Positions 47,701 through 59,816 of a DNA stretch of 64,000 bases are shown piece by piece (within the stretch, counting starts at the first letter, position 1; every line of letters begins with the position of its first letter). The translations under genes and the position numbers were made by a program. The stretch is from the NCBI RefSeq assembly GCF_009914755.1, contig NC_060925.1. The stretch is one strand, 5' to 3'. The notes below the pieces were generated by a model. That model searched no databases. It worked only from the letters and a program-made list of their open reading frames with translations, and was not told the DNA's origin. The stretch comes from the human T2T-CHM13v2.0 reference genome, Homo sapiens.

Positions 47701-49961
47701 CAATAGTAGAAAAGGAAATATCTTCGTAGAAAAACTAGACAGAATGATTCTCAGAAACTCCTTTGTGATGTGTGTGTTCAACTCACAGAGTTTAACCTTT
47801 CTTTTCATAGAGCAGTTAGTAAACACTCTGTTTATAAAGTCTGCAAGTGGATATTCAGACCCCTTTGAGGCCTTCGTTGGAAACGGGATTTCTTCATATT
47901 ATGCTAGACAGAAGAATTCTCAGTAACTTCCTTGTGTTGTGTGTATTCAACTGACAGAGTTGAACGTTCATTTAGAGAGAGCAGATTTGAAACACTGTTT
48001 TTGTGGAATTTGCAATTGGAGATTTCAAGCGCTTTGGGGCCAAAGGCAGAAAAGGAAATATCTTCGTATAAAAACTAGACAGAATCATTCTCAGAAACTG
48101 CTGCGTGATGTGTGCGTTCAACTCTCAGAGTTTAACTTTTCTTTTCATTCAGCGGTTTGGAAACATTCTGTTTGTAAAGTCTGCACGTGGATATTTTGAC
48201 CACTTAGAGGCCTTCGTTGGAAACGGGTTTTTTTCATGTAAGGCTAGACAGAAGAATTCCCAGTAACTTCCTTGTGTTGTGTGCATTCAACTCACAGAGT
48301 TGAACGTTCCCTTAGACAGAGCAGATTTGAAACACTCTATTTGTGCAATTTGCAAGTGTAGATTTCAAGCGCTTTAAGGTCAATGGCAGAAAAGGAAATA
48401 TCTTCGTTTCAAAACTAGACAGAATCATTCCCACAAACTGCGTTGTGATGTGTTCGTTCAACTCACAGAGTTTAACCTTTCTGTTCATAGAGCAGTTAGG
48501 AAACACTCTGTTTGTAAAGTCTGCAAGTGGATATTCAGACCTCCTAGAGGCCTTCGTTGGAAACGGGATTTCTTCATATTCTGCTAGACAGAAGAATTCT
48601 CAGTAACTTCCTTGTGTTGTGTGTATTCAACGCACAGAGTTGAACGATCCTTTACACAGAGCAGACTTGAAACACTCTTTTTGTGGAATTTGCAAGTGGA
48701 GATTTCAGCCGCTTTGAGGTCAATGGTAGAAAAGGAAACTATCTTCATATAAAGACTAGACAGAATGATTCTCAGAAAATCTTTTGTGAAGTGTGCGTTC
48801 AACTCACAGAGTTTAACTGTTCTTCTCATAGAGCAGTTAGGAAACACTCTGTTTGTAAAGTCTGCAAGTGGATATTCAGACCTCTTTGAGGCCTTCGTTG
48901 GAAACGGGATTTCTTCATATTATGCTAGACAGAATAATTCTCAGTAACTTCCTTGTGTTGTGTGTATTCAACTCACAGAGTTGAAGGATCCTTTACACAG
49001 AGCAGACTTGAAACATTCTTTTTGTGGAATTTGCAACTGGAGATTTCAGCCGCTTTGAGGTCAATGGTAGAATAGGAAATATCTTCCTATAGAAACTAGA
49101 CAGAACGATTCTCAGAAACTCCTTTGTGATGTGTGCGTTCAACTCAAAGAGTTTAACCTTTCTTTTCATAGAGCAGTTAGGAAACACTCTGTTTGTAAAG
49201 TCTGCAAGCAGATATTCAGACCTCTTTGAAGCCTTCGTTGGAAACGGGATTTCTTCATATTATGCTAGACAGAAGAATTCTCAGTAACTTCCTTGTGTTG
49301 TGTGTATTCAACTCACAGAGATGAACGATCGTTTACACAGAGCAGACTTGAAACACTCCTTTTGTGGAATTTGCAACTGGAGATTTCAGCCGCTTTGAGG
49401 TCAATGGTAGAATAGGAAATATCTTCCTATAGAAAATAGACAGAACGATTCTCAGAAACTCCTTTGTGATGTGTGCGTTCAACTCAAAGAGTTTAACCTT
49501 TCTTTTCATAGAGCAGTTAGGAAACACTCTGTTTGTAATGTCTGCAAGCGGATATTCAGACCTCTTTGAAGCCTTCGTTGGAAACGGGATTTCTTCATAT
49601 TATGCTAGACAGAAGAATTCTCAGTAACTTCCTTGTGTTGTGTTTATTCAACTCACAGAGTTGAATGATCCTTTACACAGAGCAGACTTGAAACACTCTT
49701 TTTGTGGAATTTGCAAGTGGAGATTTCAGCCGCTTTGAGGTCAATGGTAGAAAAGTAAATATCATCGTATAAAGACTAGACAGAATGATTCTCAGAAACT
49801 CCTTTGTGATGTGAGCGTTCAACTCACAGAGTTTAACCTTTCTGTTCAAAGAGCAGTTAGGAAACACTCTGTTTGAAAGTCTGCAAGTGGATATTCAGAC
49901 CTCCTTGAGGCCTTCGTTGGAAACGGGATTTCTTCATATTCTGCTAGACAGAAGAATTCTC
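38744..49961 (+). repeat. Near-perfect tandem duplication with 5,779-bp (17-dimer, 34-monomer) period, containing nested 1,700-bp 10-mers
   Basis: 1-bp CENP-B box deletion at 39034 and 44813, 1-bp deletion GTTTGAAAG at 44092 and 49871, and the D*D* pair at 43164 and 48943 all sit at offset 5779. Confidence 0.9.
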
Positions 49962-52900
49962 AGTAACTTCCTTGTGTTGTGTGTATTCAACTCACAGAGT
50001 TGAACGATCCTTTACACAGAGCAGACTTGAAACACTCTTTTTGTGGAATTTGCAAGTGGAGATTTCAGCCGCTTTGTGGTCAATGGTAGAAAAGGAAATA
50101 TCTTCGTATAAAGACTAGACAGAATGATTCTCATAAACTCCTTTGTGATGTGTGCGTTCAACTCACAGAGTTTAACTTTTCTTTTCATAGAGCAGTTAGG
50201 AAAAACTCTGTTTGTAAAGTCTGCAAGTGGATATTCAGACCACTTTGAGGCCTTCGTTGGAAACGGGATTTCTTCATATTATGCTAGACAGAATAATTCT
50301 CAGTAAGTTCCTTGTATTGTGTGTATTCAACTCACAGAGTTGAACGATCCTTTACACAGAGCAGACTTGAAACATTCTTTTTGTGGAATTTGCAACTGGA
50401 GATTTCAGCCGCTTTGAGGTCAATGGTAGAATAGGAAATATCTTCCTATAGAAACTAGACAGAACGATTCTCAGAAACTCCTTTGTGATGTGTGCGTTCA
50501 ACTCACAGAGTTTAACTTTTCTTTTCATAGAGCCGTTAGGAAACACTCTGTTTGTAAAGTCTGCAAGTGGATATTCAGACCTCTTTGAGGCCTTCGTTGG
50601 AAACGGGATTTCTTCCTATTCTGCTAGACAGAAGAATTCTCAGTAACTTCCTTGTGTTGTGTGTATTCAACTCACAGAGTTGAACGATCCTTTACACAGA
50701 GCAGACTTGAAACACTCTTTTTGTGGAATTTGCAAGTGGAGATTTCAGCCGCTTTGAGGTCAATAGTAGAAAAGGAAATATCTTCGTAGAAAAACTAGAC
50801 AGAATGATTCTCAGAAACTCCTTTGTGATGTGTGTGTTCAACTCACAGAGTTTAACCTTTCTTTTCATAGAGCAGTTAGTAAACACTCTGTTTATAAAGT
50901 CTGCAAGTGGATATTCAGACCCCTTTGAGGCCTTCGTTGGAAACGGGATTTCTTCATATTATGCTAGACAGAAGAATTCTCAGTAACTTCCTTGTGTTGT
51001 GTGTATTCAACTGACAGAGTTGAACTTTCATTTAGAGAGAGCAGATTTGAAACACTGTTTTTGTGGAATTTGCAAGTGGAGATTTCAAGCGCTTTGGGGC
51101 CAAAGGCAGAAAAGGAAATATCTTCGTATAAAAACTAGACAGAATCATTCTCAGAAAGTGCTGCGTGATGTGTGCGTTCAACTCTCAGAGTTTAACTTTT
51201 CTTTTCATTCAGCGGTTTGGAAACACTCTGTTTGTAAAGTCTGCACGTGGATATTTTGACCACTTAGAGGCCTTCGTTGGAAACGGGTTTTTTTCATGTA
51301 AGGCTAGACAGAAGAATTCCCAGTAACTTCCTTGTGTTGTGTGCATTCAACTCACAGAGTTGAACGTTCCCTTAGACAGAGCAGATTTGAAACACTCTAT
51401 TTGTGCAATTTGCAAGTGTAGATTTCAAGCGCTTTAAGGTCAACGGCAGAAAAGGAAATATCTTCGTTTCAAAACTAGACAGAATCATTCCCACAAACTG
51501 CGTTGTGATGTGTTCGTTCAACTCACAGAGTTTAACCTTTCTGTTCATAGAGCAGTTAGGAAACACTCTGTTTGTAAAGTCTGTAAGTGGATATTCTGAC
51601 ATCTTGTGGCCTTCGTTGGAAACGGGATTTCTTCATATTCTGCTAGACAGAAGAATTCTCAGTAACTTCCTTGTGTTGTGTGTATTCAACTCACAGAGTT
51701 GAACCATCCTTTACACAGAGCAGACTTGAAACACTCTTTTTGTGGAATTTGCAAGTGGAGATTTCAGCCGCTTTGAGGTCAATGGTAGAAAAGGAAACTA
51801 TCTTCATATAAAGACTAGACAGAATGATTCTCAGAAAATGTTTTGTGATGTGTGCGTTCAACTCACAGAGTTTAACTTTTCTTCTCATAGAGCAGTTAGG
51901 AAACACTCTGTTTGTAAAGTCTGCAAGTGGATATTCAGACCTCTTTGAGGCCTTCGTTGGAAACGGGATTTCTTCATATTATGCTAGACAGAAGAATTCT
52001 CAGTAACTTCCTTGTGTTGTGTTTATTCAACTCACAGAGTTGAATGATCCTTTACACAGAGCAGACTTGAAACACTCTTTTTGTGGAATTTGCAAGTGGA
52101 GATTTCAGCCGCTTTGAGGTCAATGGTAGAAAAGTAAATATCTTCGTATAAAGACTAGACAGAATGATTCTCAGAAACTCCTTTGTGATGTGTGCGTTCA
52201 ACTCACAGAGTTTAACCTTTCTGTTCATAGAGCTGTTAGGAAACACTCTGTTTGTAAAGTCTGCAAGTGGATATTCAGACCTCCTTGAGGCCTTCGTTGG
52301 AAACGGGATTTCTTCATATTCTGCTAGACAGAAGAATTCTCAGTAACTTCCTTGTGTTGTGTGTATTCAACTCACAGAGTTGAACAATCCTTTACACAGA
52401 GCAGACTTGAAACACTCTTTTTGTGGAATTTGCAAGTGGAGATTTCAGCCGCTTTGAGGTCAATGGTAGAAAAGGAAATATCTTCGTATAAAGACTAGAC
52501 AGAATGATTCTCATAAACTCCTTTGTGATGTGTGCGTTCAACTCACAGAGTTTAACTTTTCTGTTCATAGAGCAGTTAGGAAACACTCTGTTTGTAAAGT
52601 CTGCAAGTGGATATTCAGACCTCTTTGAGGCCTTCGTTGGAAACGGGATTTCTTCATATTCTGCTAGACAGAAGAATTCTCAGTAACTTCCTTGTGTTGT
52701 GTGTATTCAACTCACAGAGTTGAACGATCCTTTACACAGAGCAGATTTGAAACACTCTTTTTGTGGAATTTGCAAGTGGAGATTTCAGCCGCTTTGAGGT
52801 CAATGGTAGAAAAGGAAACTATCTTCATATAAAGACTAGACAGAATGATTCTCAGAAAATCTTTTGTGATGAGTGCGTTCAACTCACAGAGTTTAACTTT

Positions 52901-55900
52901 TCTTCTCATAGAGCAGTTAGGAAACACTCTGTTTGTAAAGTCTGCAAGTGGATATTCAGACCTCTTTGAGGCCTTCGTTGGAAACGGGATTTCTTCATAT
53001 TATGCTAGACAGAATAATTCTCAGTAACTTCCTTGTGTTGTGTGTATTCAACTCACAGAGTTGAAGGATCCTTTACAGAGAGCAGGCTTGAAACACTCTT
53101 TTTGTCGAATTTGCAAGTGGAGATTTCAGCCGCTTTGAGGTCAATGGTAGAATAGGAAATATCTTCTTATAGAAACTAGACAGAATGATTCTCATAAACT
53201 CCTTTGTGATGTGTGCGTTCAACTCACAGAGTTTAACCTTTCTTTTCATAGAGCAGTTAGGAAACACTCTGTTTGTAAAGTCTGCAAGTGGATATTCAGA
53301 CCTCCTTGAGGCCTTCGTTGGAAACGGGATTTCTTCATATTCTGCTAGACAGAAGAATTCTCAATAACTTCCTTGTGTTGTGTTTATTCAACTCACAGAG
53401 TTGAATGATCCTTTACACAGAGCAGACTTGAAACACTCTTTTTGTGGAATTTGCAAGTGGAGATTTCAGCCGCTTTGAGGTCAATGGTAGAAAAGTAAAT
53501 ATCTTCGTATAAAGACTAGACAGAATGATTCTCAGAAACTCCTTTGTGATGTGTGCGTTCAACTCACAGAGTTTAACCTTTCTGTTCATAGAGCTGTTAG
53601 GAAACACTCTGTTTGTAAAGTCTGCAAGTGGATATTCAGACCTCCTTGAGGCCTTCGTTGGAAACGGGATTTCTTCATATTCTGCTAGACAGAAGAATTC
53701 TCAGTAACTTCCTTGTGTTGTGTGTATTCAACTCACAGAGTTGAACAATCCTTTACACAGAGCAGACTTGAAACACTCTTTTTGTGGAATTTGCAAGTGG
53801 AGATTTCAGCCGCTTTGAGGTCAATGGTAGAAAAGGAAATATCTTCGTATAAAGACTAGACAGAATGATTCTCATAAACTCCTTTGTGATGTGTGCGTTC
53901 AACTCACAGAGTTTAACTTTTCTTTTCATAGAGCAGTTAGGAAACACTCTGTTTGTAAAGTCTGCAAGTGGATATTCAGACCTCTTTGAGGCCTTCGTTG
54001 GAAACGGGATTTCTTCATATTTTGCTAGACAGAAGAATTCTCAGTAACTTCCTTGTGTTGTGTGTATTCAACTCACAGAGTTGAACGATCCTTTACACAG
54101 AGCAGACTTGAAACATTCTTTTTGTGGAATTTGCAAGTGGAGATTTCAGCCGCTTTGAGGTCAATGGTAGAATAGGAAATATCTTCCTATAGAAACTAGA
54201 CAGAACGATTCTCAGAAACTCCTTTGTGATGTGTGCGTTCAACTCACAGAGTTTAACCTTTCTGTTCATAGAGCAGTTAGGAAACACTCTGTTTGTAAAG
54301 TCTGCAAGTGGATATTCAGACCTCTTTGAGGCCTTCGTTGGAAACGGGATTTCTTCATATTCTGCTAGACAGAAGAATTCTCAGTAACTTCCTTGTGTTG
54401 TGTGTATTCAACTCACAGAGTTGAACGATCCTTTACACAGAGCAGACTTGAAACACTCTATTTGTAGAATTTGCAAGTGGAGATTTCAGCCGCTTTGAGG
54501 TCAATAGTAGAAAAGGAAATATCTTCGTAGAAAAACTAGACAGAATGATTCTCAGAAACTCCTTTGTGATGTGTGTGTTCAACTCACCGAGTTTAACCTT
54601 TCTTTTCATAGAGCAGTTAGTAAACACTCTGTTTATAAAGTCTGCAAGTGGATATTCAGAACCCTTTGAGGCCTTCGTTGGAAACGGGATTTCTTCATAT
54701 TATGCTAGACAGAAGAATTCTCAGTAACTTCCTTGTGTTGTGTGTATTCAACGGACAGAGTTGAACTTTCATTTAGAGAGAGCAGATTTGAAACACTGTT
54801 TTTGTGGAATTTGCCAGTGGAGATTTCAAGCACTTTGGGGCCAAAGGCAGAAAAGGAAATATCTTCGTATAAAAACTAGACAGAATCATTCTCAGAAACT
54901 GCTGCGTGGTGTGTGCGTTCAACTCTCAGAGTTTAACTTTTCTTTTCATTCAGCGGTTTGGAAACACTCTGTTTGTAAAGTCTGCACGTGGATATTTTGA
55001 CCACTTAGAGGCCTTCGTTGGAAACGGGTTTTCTTCATGTAAGGCTAGACAGAAGAATTCCCAGTAACTTCCTTGTGTTGTGTGCATTCAACTCACAGAG
55101 TTGAACGTTCCCTTAGACAGAGCAGATTTGAAACACTCTATTTGTGCAATTTGCAAGTGTAGATTTCAAGCGCTTTAAGGTAATGGCAGAAAAGGAAATA
55201 TCTTCGTTTCAAAACTAGACAGAATCATTCCCACAAACTGCGTTGTGATGTGTTCGTTCAACTCACAGAGTTTAACCTTTCTGTTCATAGAGCAGTTAGG
55301 AAACACTCTGTAAAGTCTGTAAGTGGATATTCTGACATCTTGTGGCCTTCGTTGGAAACGGGATTTCTTCATATTCTGCTAGACAGATGAATTCTCAGTA
55401 ACTTCCTTGTGTTGTGTGTATTCAACTCACAGAGTTGAACGATCCTTTACACAGAGCAGACTTGAAACACTCTTTTTGTGGAATTTGCAAGTGGAGATTT
55501 CAGCCGCTTTGGGGCCAAAGGCAGAAAAGGAAATATCTTCGTATAAAAACTAGACAGAATCATTCTCAGAAACTGCTGCATGATGTGTGCGTTCAACTCT
55601 CAGAGTTTAACTTTTCTTTTCATTCAGCGGTTTGGAAACACTCTGTTTGTAAAGTCTGCACGTGGATATTTTGACCACTTAGAGGCCTTCGTTGGAAACG
55701 GGTTTTTTTCATATAAGGCTAGACAGAAGAATTCCCAGTAACTTCCTTGTGTTGTGTGCATTCAACTCACAGAGTTGAACGTTCCCTTAGACAGAGCAGA
55801 TTTGAAACACTCTATTTGTGCAATTTGCAAGTGTAGATTTCAAGCGCTTTAAGGTCAATGGCAGAAAAGGAAATATCTTCGTTTCAAAACTAGACAGAAT

Positions 55901-56756
55901 CATTCCGACAAACTGCGTTGTGATGTGTTCGTTCAACTCACAGAGTTTAACCTTTCTGTTCATAGAGCAGTTAGGAAACACTCTGTTTGTAAAGTCTTCA
56001 AGTGGATATTCAGACCTCCTTGAGGCCTTCGTTGGAAACGGGATTTCTTCATATTCTGCTAGACAGAATAATTCTCAGTAACTTCCTTGTGTTGTGTGTA
56101 TTCAACTCACAGAGTTGAACGATCCTTTACACAGAGCAGACTTGAAACACTCTTTTTGTGGAATTTGCAAGTGGAGATTTCAGCCGCTTTGAGGTCAATG
56201 GTAGAATAGGAAATATCTTCCTATAGAAACTAGACAGAATGATTCTCAGAAACTCCTTTGTGAAGTGTGCGTTCAACTGACAGAGTTTAACCTTTCTGTT
56301 CATAGAGCAGTTAAGAAACACTCTGTTTGTAAAGTCTTCAAGTGGATATTCAGACCTCCTTGAGGCCTTCGTTGGAAACGGGATTTCTTCATATTCTGCT
56401 AGACAGAATAATTCTCAGTAACTTCCTTGTGTTGTGTGTATTCAACTCACAGAGTTGAACGATCCTTTACACAGAGCAGACTTGAAACACTCTTTTTGTG
56501 GAATTTGCAAGTGGAGATTTCAGCCGCTTTGAGGTCAATGGTAGAATAGGAAATATCTTCCTATAGAAACTAGACAGAATGATTCTCAGAAACTCCTTTG
56601 TGAAGTGTGCGTTCAACTGACAGAGTTTAACTTTTCTTTTCATAGAGCAGTTAGGAAACACTCTGTTTGTAAAGTCTGCAAGTGGATATTCACACCTCTT
56701 TGAGGCCTTCGTTGGAAACGGGATTTCTTCATATTCTGCTAGACAGAAGAATTCTC

Positions 56757-59700
56757 AGTAACTTCCTTGTGTTGTGTGTATTCAACTCACAGAGTTGAAC
56801 GATCCTTTACACAGAGCAGACTTGAAACACTCTTTTTGTGGAATTTGCAAGTGGAGATTTCAGCCGCTTTGAGGTCAAAAGTAGAAAAGGAAATATCTTC
56901 GTAGAAAAACTAGAGAGAATGATTCTCAGAAACTACTTTGTGATGTGTGTGTTCAACTCACAGAGTTTAACCTTTCTTTTCATAGAGCAGTTAGTAAACA
57001 CTCTGTTTATAAAGTCTGCAAGTGGATATTCAGACCCCTTTGAGGCCTTCGTTGGAAACGGGATTTCTTCATATTATGCTAGACAGAAGAATTCTCAGTA
57101 ACTTCCTTGTGTTGTGTGTATTCAACTGACAGAGTTGAACTTTCATTTAGAGAGAGGAGATTTGAAACACTGTTTTTGTGGAATTTGCAAGTGGAGATTT
57201 CAAGCGCTTTGGGGCCAAAGGCAGAAAAGGAAATATCTTCGTATAAAAACTAGACAGAATCATTCTCAGAAACTGCTGCGTGATGTGTGCGTTCAACTCT
57301 CAGAGTTTAACTTTTCTTTTCATTCAGCGGTTTGGAAACACTCTGTTTGTAAAGTCTGCACGTGGAAATTTTGACCACTTAGAGGCCTTCGTGGAAACGG
57401 GTTTTTTTCATGTAAGGCTAGACAGAAGAATTCCCAGTAACTTCCTTGTGTTGTGTGCATTCAACTCACAGAGTTGAACGTTCCCTTAGACAGAGCAGAT
57501 TTGAAACACTCTATTTGTGCAATTTGCAAGTGTAGATTTCAAGCGCTTTAAGGTCAATGGCAGAAAAGGAAATATCTTCGTTTTAAAACTAGACAGAATC
57601 ATTCCCACAAACTGCGTTGTGATGTGTTCGTTCAACTCACAGAGTTTAACCTTTCTGTTCATAGAGCAGTTAGGAAACACTCTGTTTGTAAAGTCTGTAA
57701 GTGGATATTCTGACATATTGTGGCCTTCGTTGGAAACGGGATGTCTTCATATTCTGCTAGACAGAAGAATTCTCAGTAACTTCCTTGTGTTGTGTGTATT
57801 CAACTCACAGAGTTGAACGATCCTTTACACAGAGCAGACTTGAAACACTCTTTTTGTGGAATTTGCAAGTGGAGATTTCAGCCGCTTTGAGGTCAATGGT
57901 AGAAAAGGAAACTATCTTCATATAAAGACTAGACAGAATGATTCTCAGAAACTCCTTTGTGATGTGTGCGTTCAACTCACAAAGTTTAACTTTTCTTTTC
58001 ATAGAGCAGTTAGGTAACACTCTGTTTGTAAAGTCTGCAAGTGGATATTCAGACCTCTTTGAGGCCTTCGTTGGAAACGGGATTTCTTCATATTATGCTA
58101 GACAGAATAATTCTCAGTAACTTCCTTGTGTTGTGTGTATTCAACTCACAGAGTTGAACGATGCTTTACACAGAGCAGACTTGAAACATTCTTTTTGTGG
58201 AATTTGCAACTGGAGATTTCAGCCGCTTTGAGGTCAATGGTAGAATAGGAAATATCTTCCTATAGAAACTAGACAGAACGATTCTCAGAAACTCCTTTGT
58301 GATGTGTGCGTTCAACTCACAGAGTTTAACTTTTCTTTTCATAGAGCCGTTAGGAAACACTCTGTTTGTAAAGTCTGCAAGTGGATATTCAGACCTCTTT
58401 GAGGCCTTCGTTGGAAACGGGATTTCTTCCTATTCTGCTAGACAGAAGAATTCTCAGTAACTTCCTTGTGTTGTGTGTATTCAACTCACAGAGTTGAACG
58501 ATCCTTTACACAGAGCAGACTTGAAACACTCTTTTTGTGGAATTTGCAAGTGGAGATTTCAGCCGCTTTCAGGTCAATAGTAGAAAAGGAAATATCTTCG
58601 TAGAAAAACTAGACAGAATGATTCTCAGAAACTCCTTTGTGATGTGTGTGTTCAACTCACAGAGTTTAACCTTTCTTTTCATAGAGCAGTTAGTAAACAC
58701 TCTGTTTATAAAGTCTGCAAGTGGATATTCAGACCCCTTTGAGGCCTTCGTTGGAAACGGGATTTCTTCATATTATGCTAGACAGAAGAATTCTCAGTAA
58801 CTTCCTTGTGTTGTGTGTATTCAACTGACAGAGTTGAACGTTCATTTAGAGAGAGCAGATTTGAAACACTGTTTTTGTGGAATTTGCAATTGGAGATTTC
58901 AAGCGCTTTGGGGCCAAAGGCAGAAAAGGAAATATCTTCGTATAAAAACTAGACAGAATCATTCTCAGAAACTGCTGCGTGATGTTTGCGTTCAACTCTC
59001 AGAGTTTAACTTTTCTTTTCATTCAGCGGTTTGGAAACATTCTGTTTGTAAAGTCTGCACGTGGATATTTTGACCACTTAGAGGCCTTCGTTGGAAACGG
59101 GTATTTTTCATGTAAGGCTAGACAGAAGAATTCCCAGTAACTTCCTTGTGTTGTGTGCATTCAACTCACAGAGTTGAACGTTCCCTTAGACAGAGCAGAT
59201 TTGAAACACTCTATTTGTGCAATTTGCAAGTGTAGATTTCAAGCGCTTTAAGGTCAATGGCAGAAAAGGAAATATCTTCGTTTCAAAACTAGACAGAATC
59301 ATTCCCACAAACTGCGTTGTGATGTGTTCGTTCAACACACAGAGTTTAACCTTTCTGTTCATAGAGCAGTTAGGAAACACTCTGTTTGTAAAGTCTGCAA
59401 GTAGATATTGAGACCTCCTAGAGGCCTTCGTTGGAAACGGGATTTCTTCATATTCTGCTAGACAGAAGAATTCTCAGTAACTTCCTTGTGTTGTGTGTAT
59501 TCAACGCACAGAGTTGAACGATCCTTTACACAGAGCAGACTTGAAACACTCTTTTTGTGGAATTTGCAAGTGGAGATTTCAGCCGCTTTGAGGTCAATGG
59601 TAGAAAAGGAAACTATCTTCATATAAAGACTAGACAGAATGATTCTCAGAAAATCTTTTGTGATGTGTGCGTTCAACTCACAGAGTTTAACTTTTCTTCT

Positions 59701-59816
59701 CATAGAGCAGTTAGGAAACACTCTGTTTGTAAAGTCTGCAAGTGGATATTCAGACCTCTTTGAGGCCTTCGTTGGAAACGGGATTTCTTCATATTATGCT
59801 AGACAGAATAATTCTC
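56757..59816 (+). repeat. Dispersed third, shortened copy of part of the 5.8-kb unit
   Basis: Shares GGTCAAAAGTAG/AACTACTTTG (E), the CENP-B box 1-bp deletion (57387), GACATATTG, ACTCACAAAG, GAACGTTCAT, CTCCTAGAGG and CAACGCACA with 44183-48942. Confidence 0.82.
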
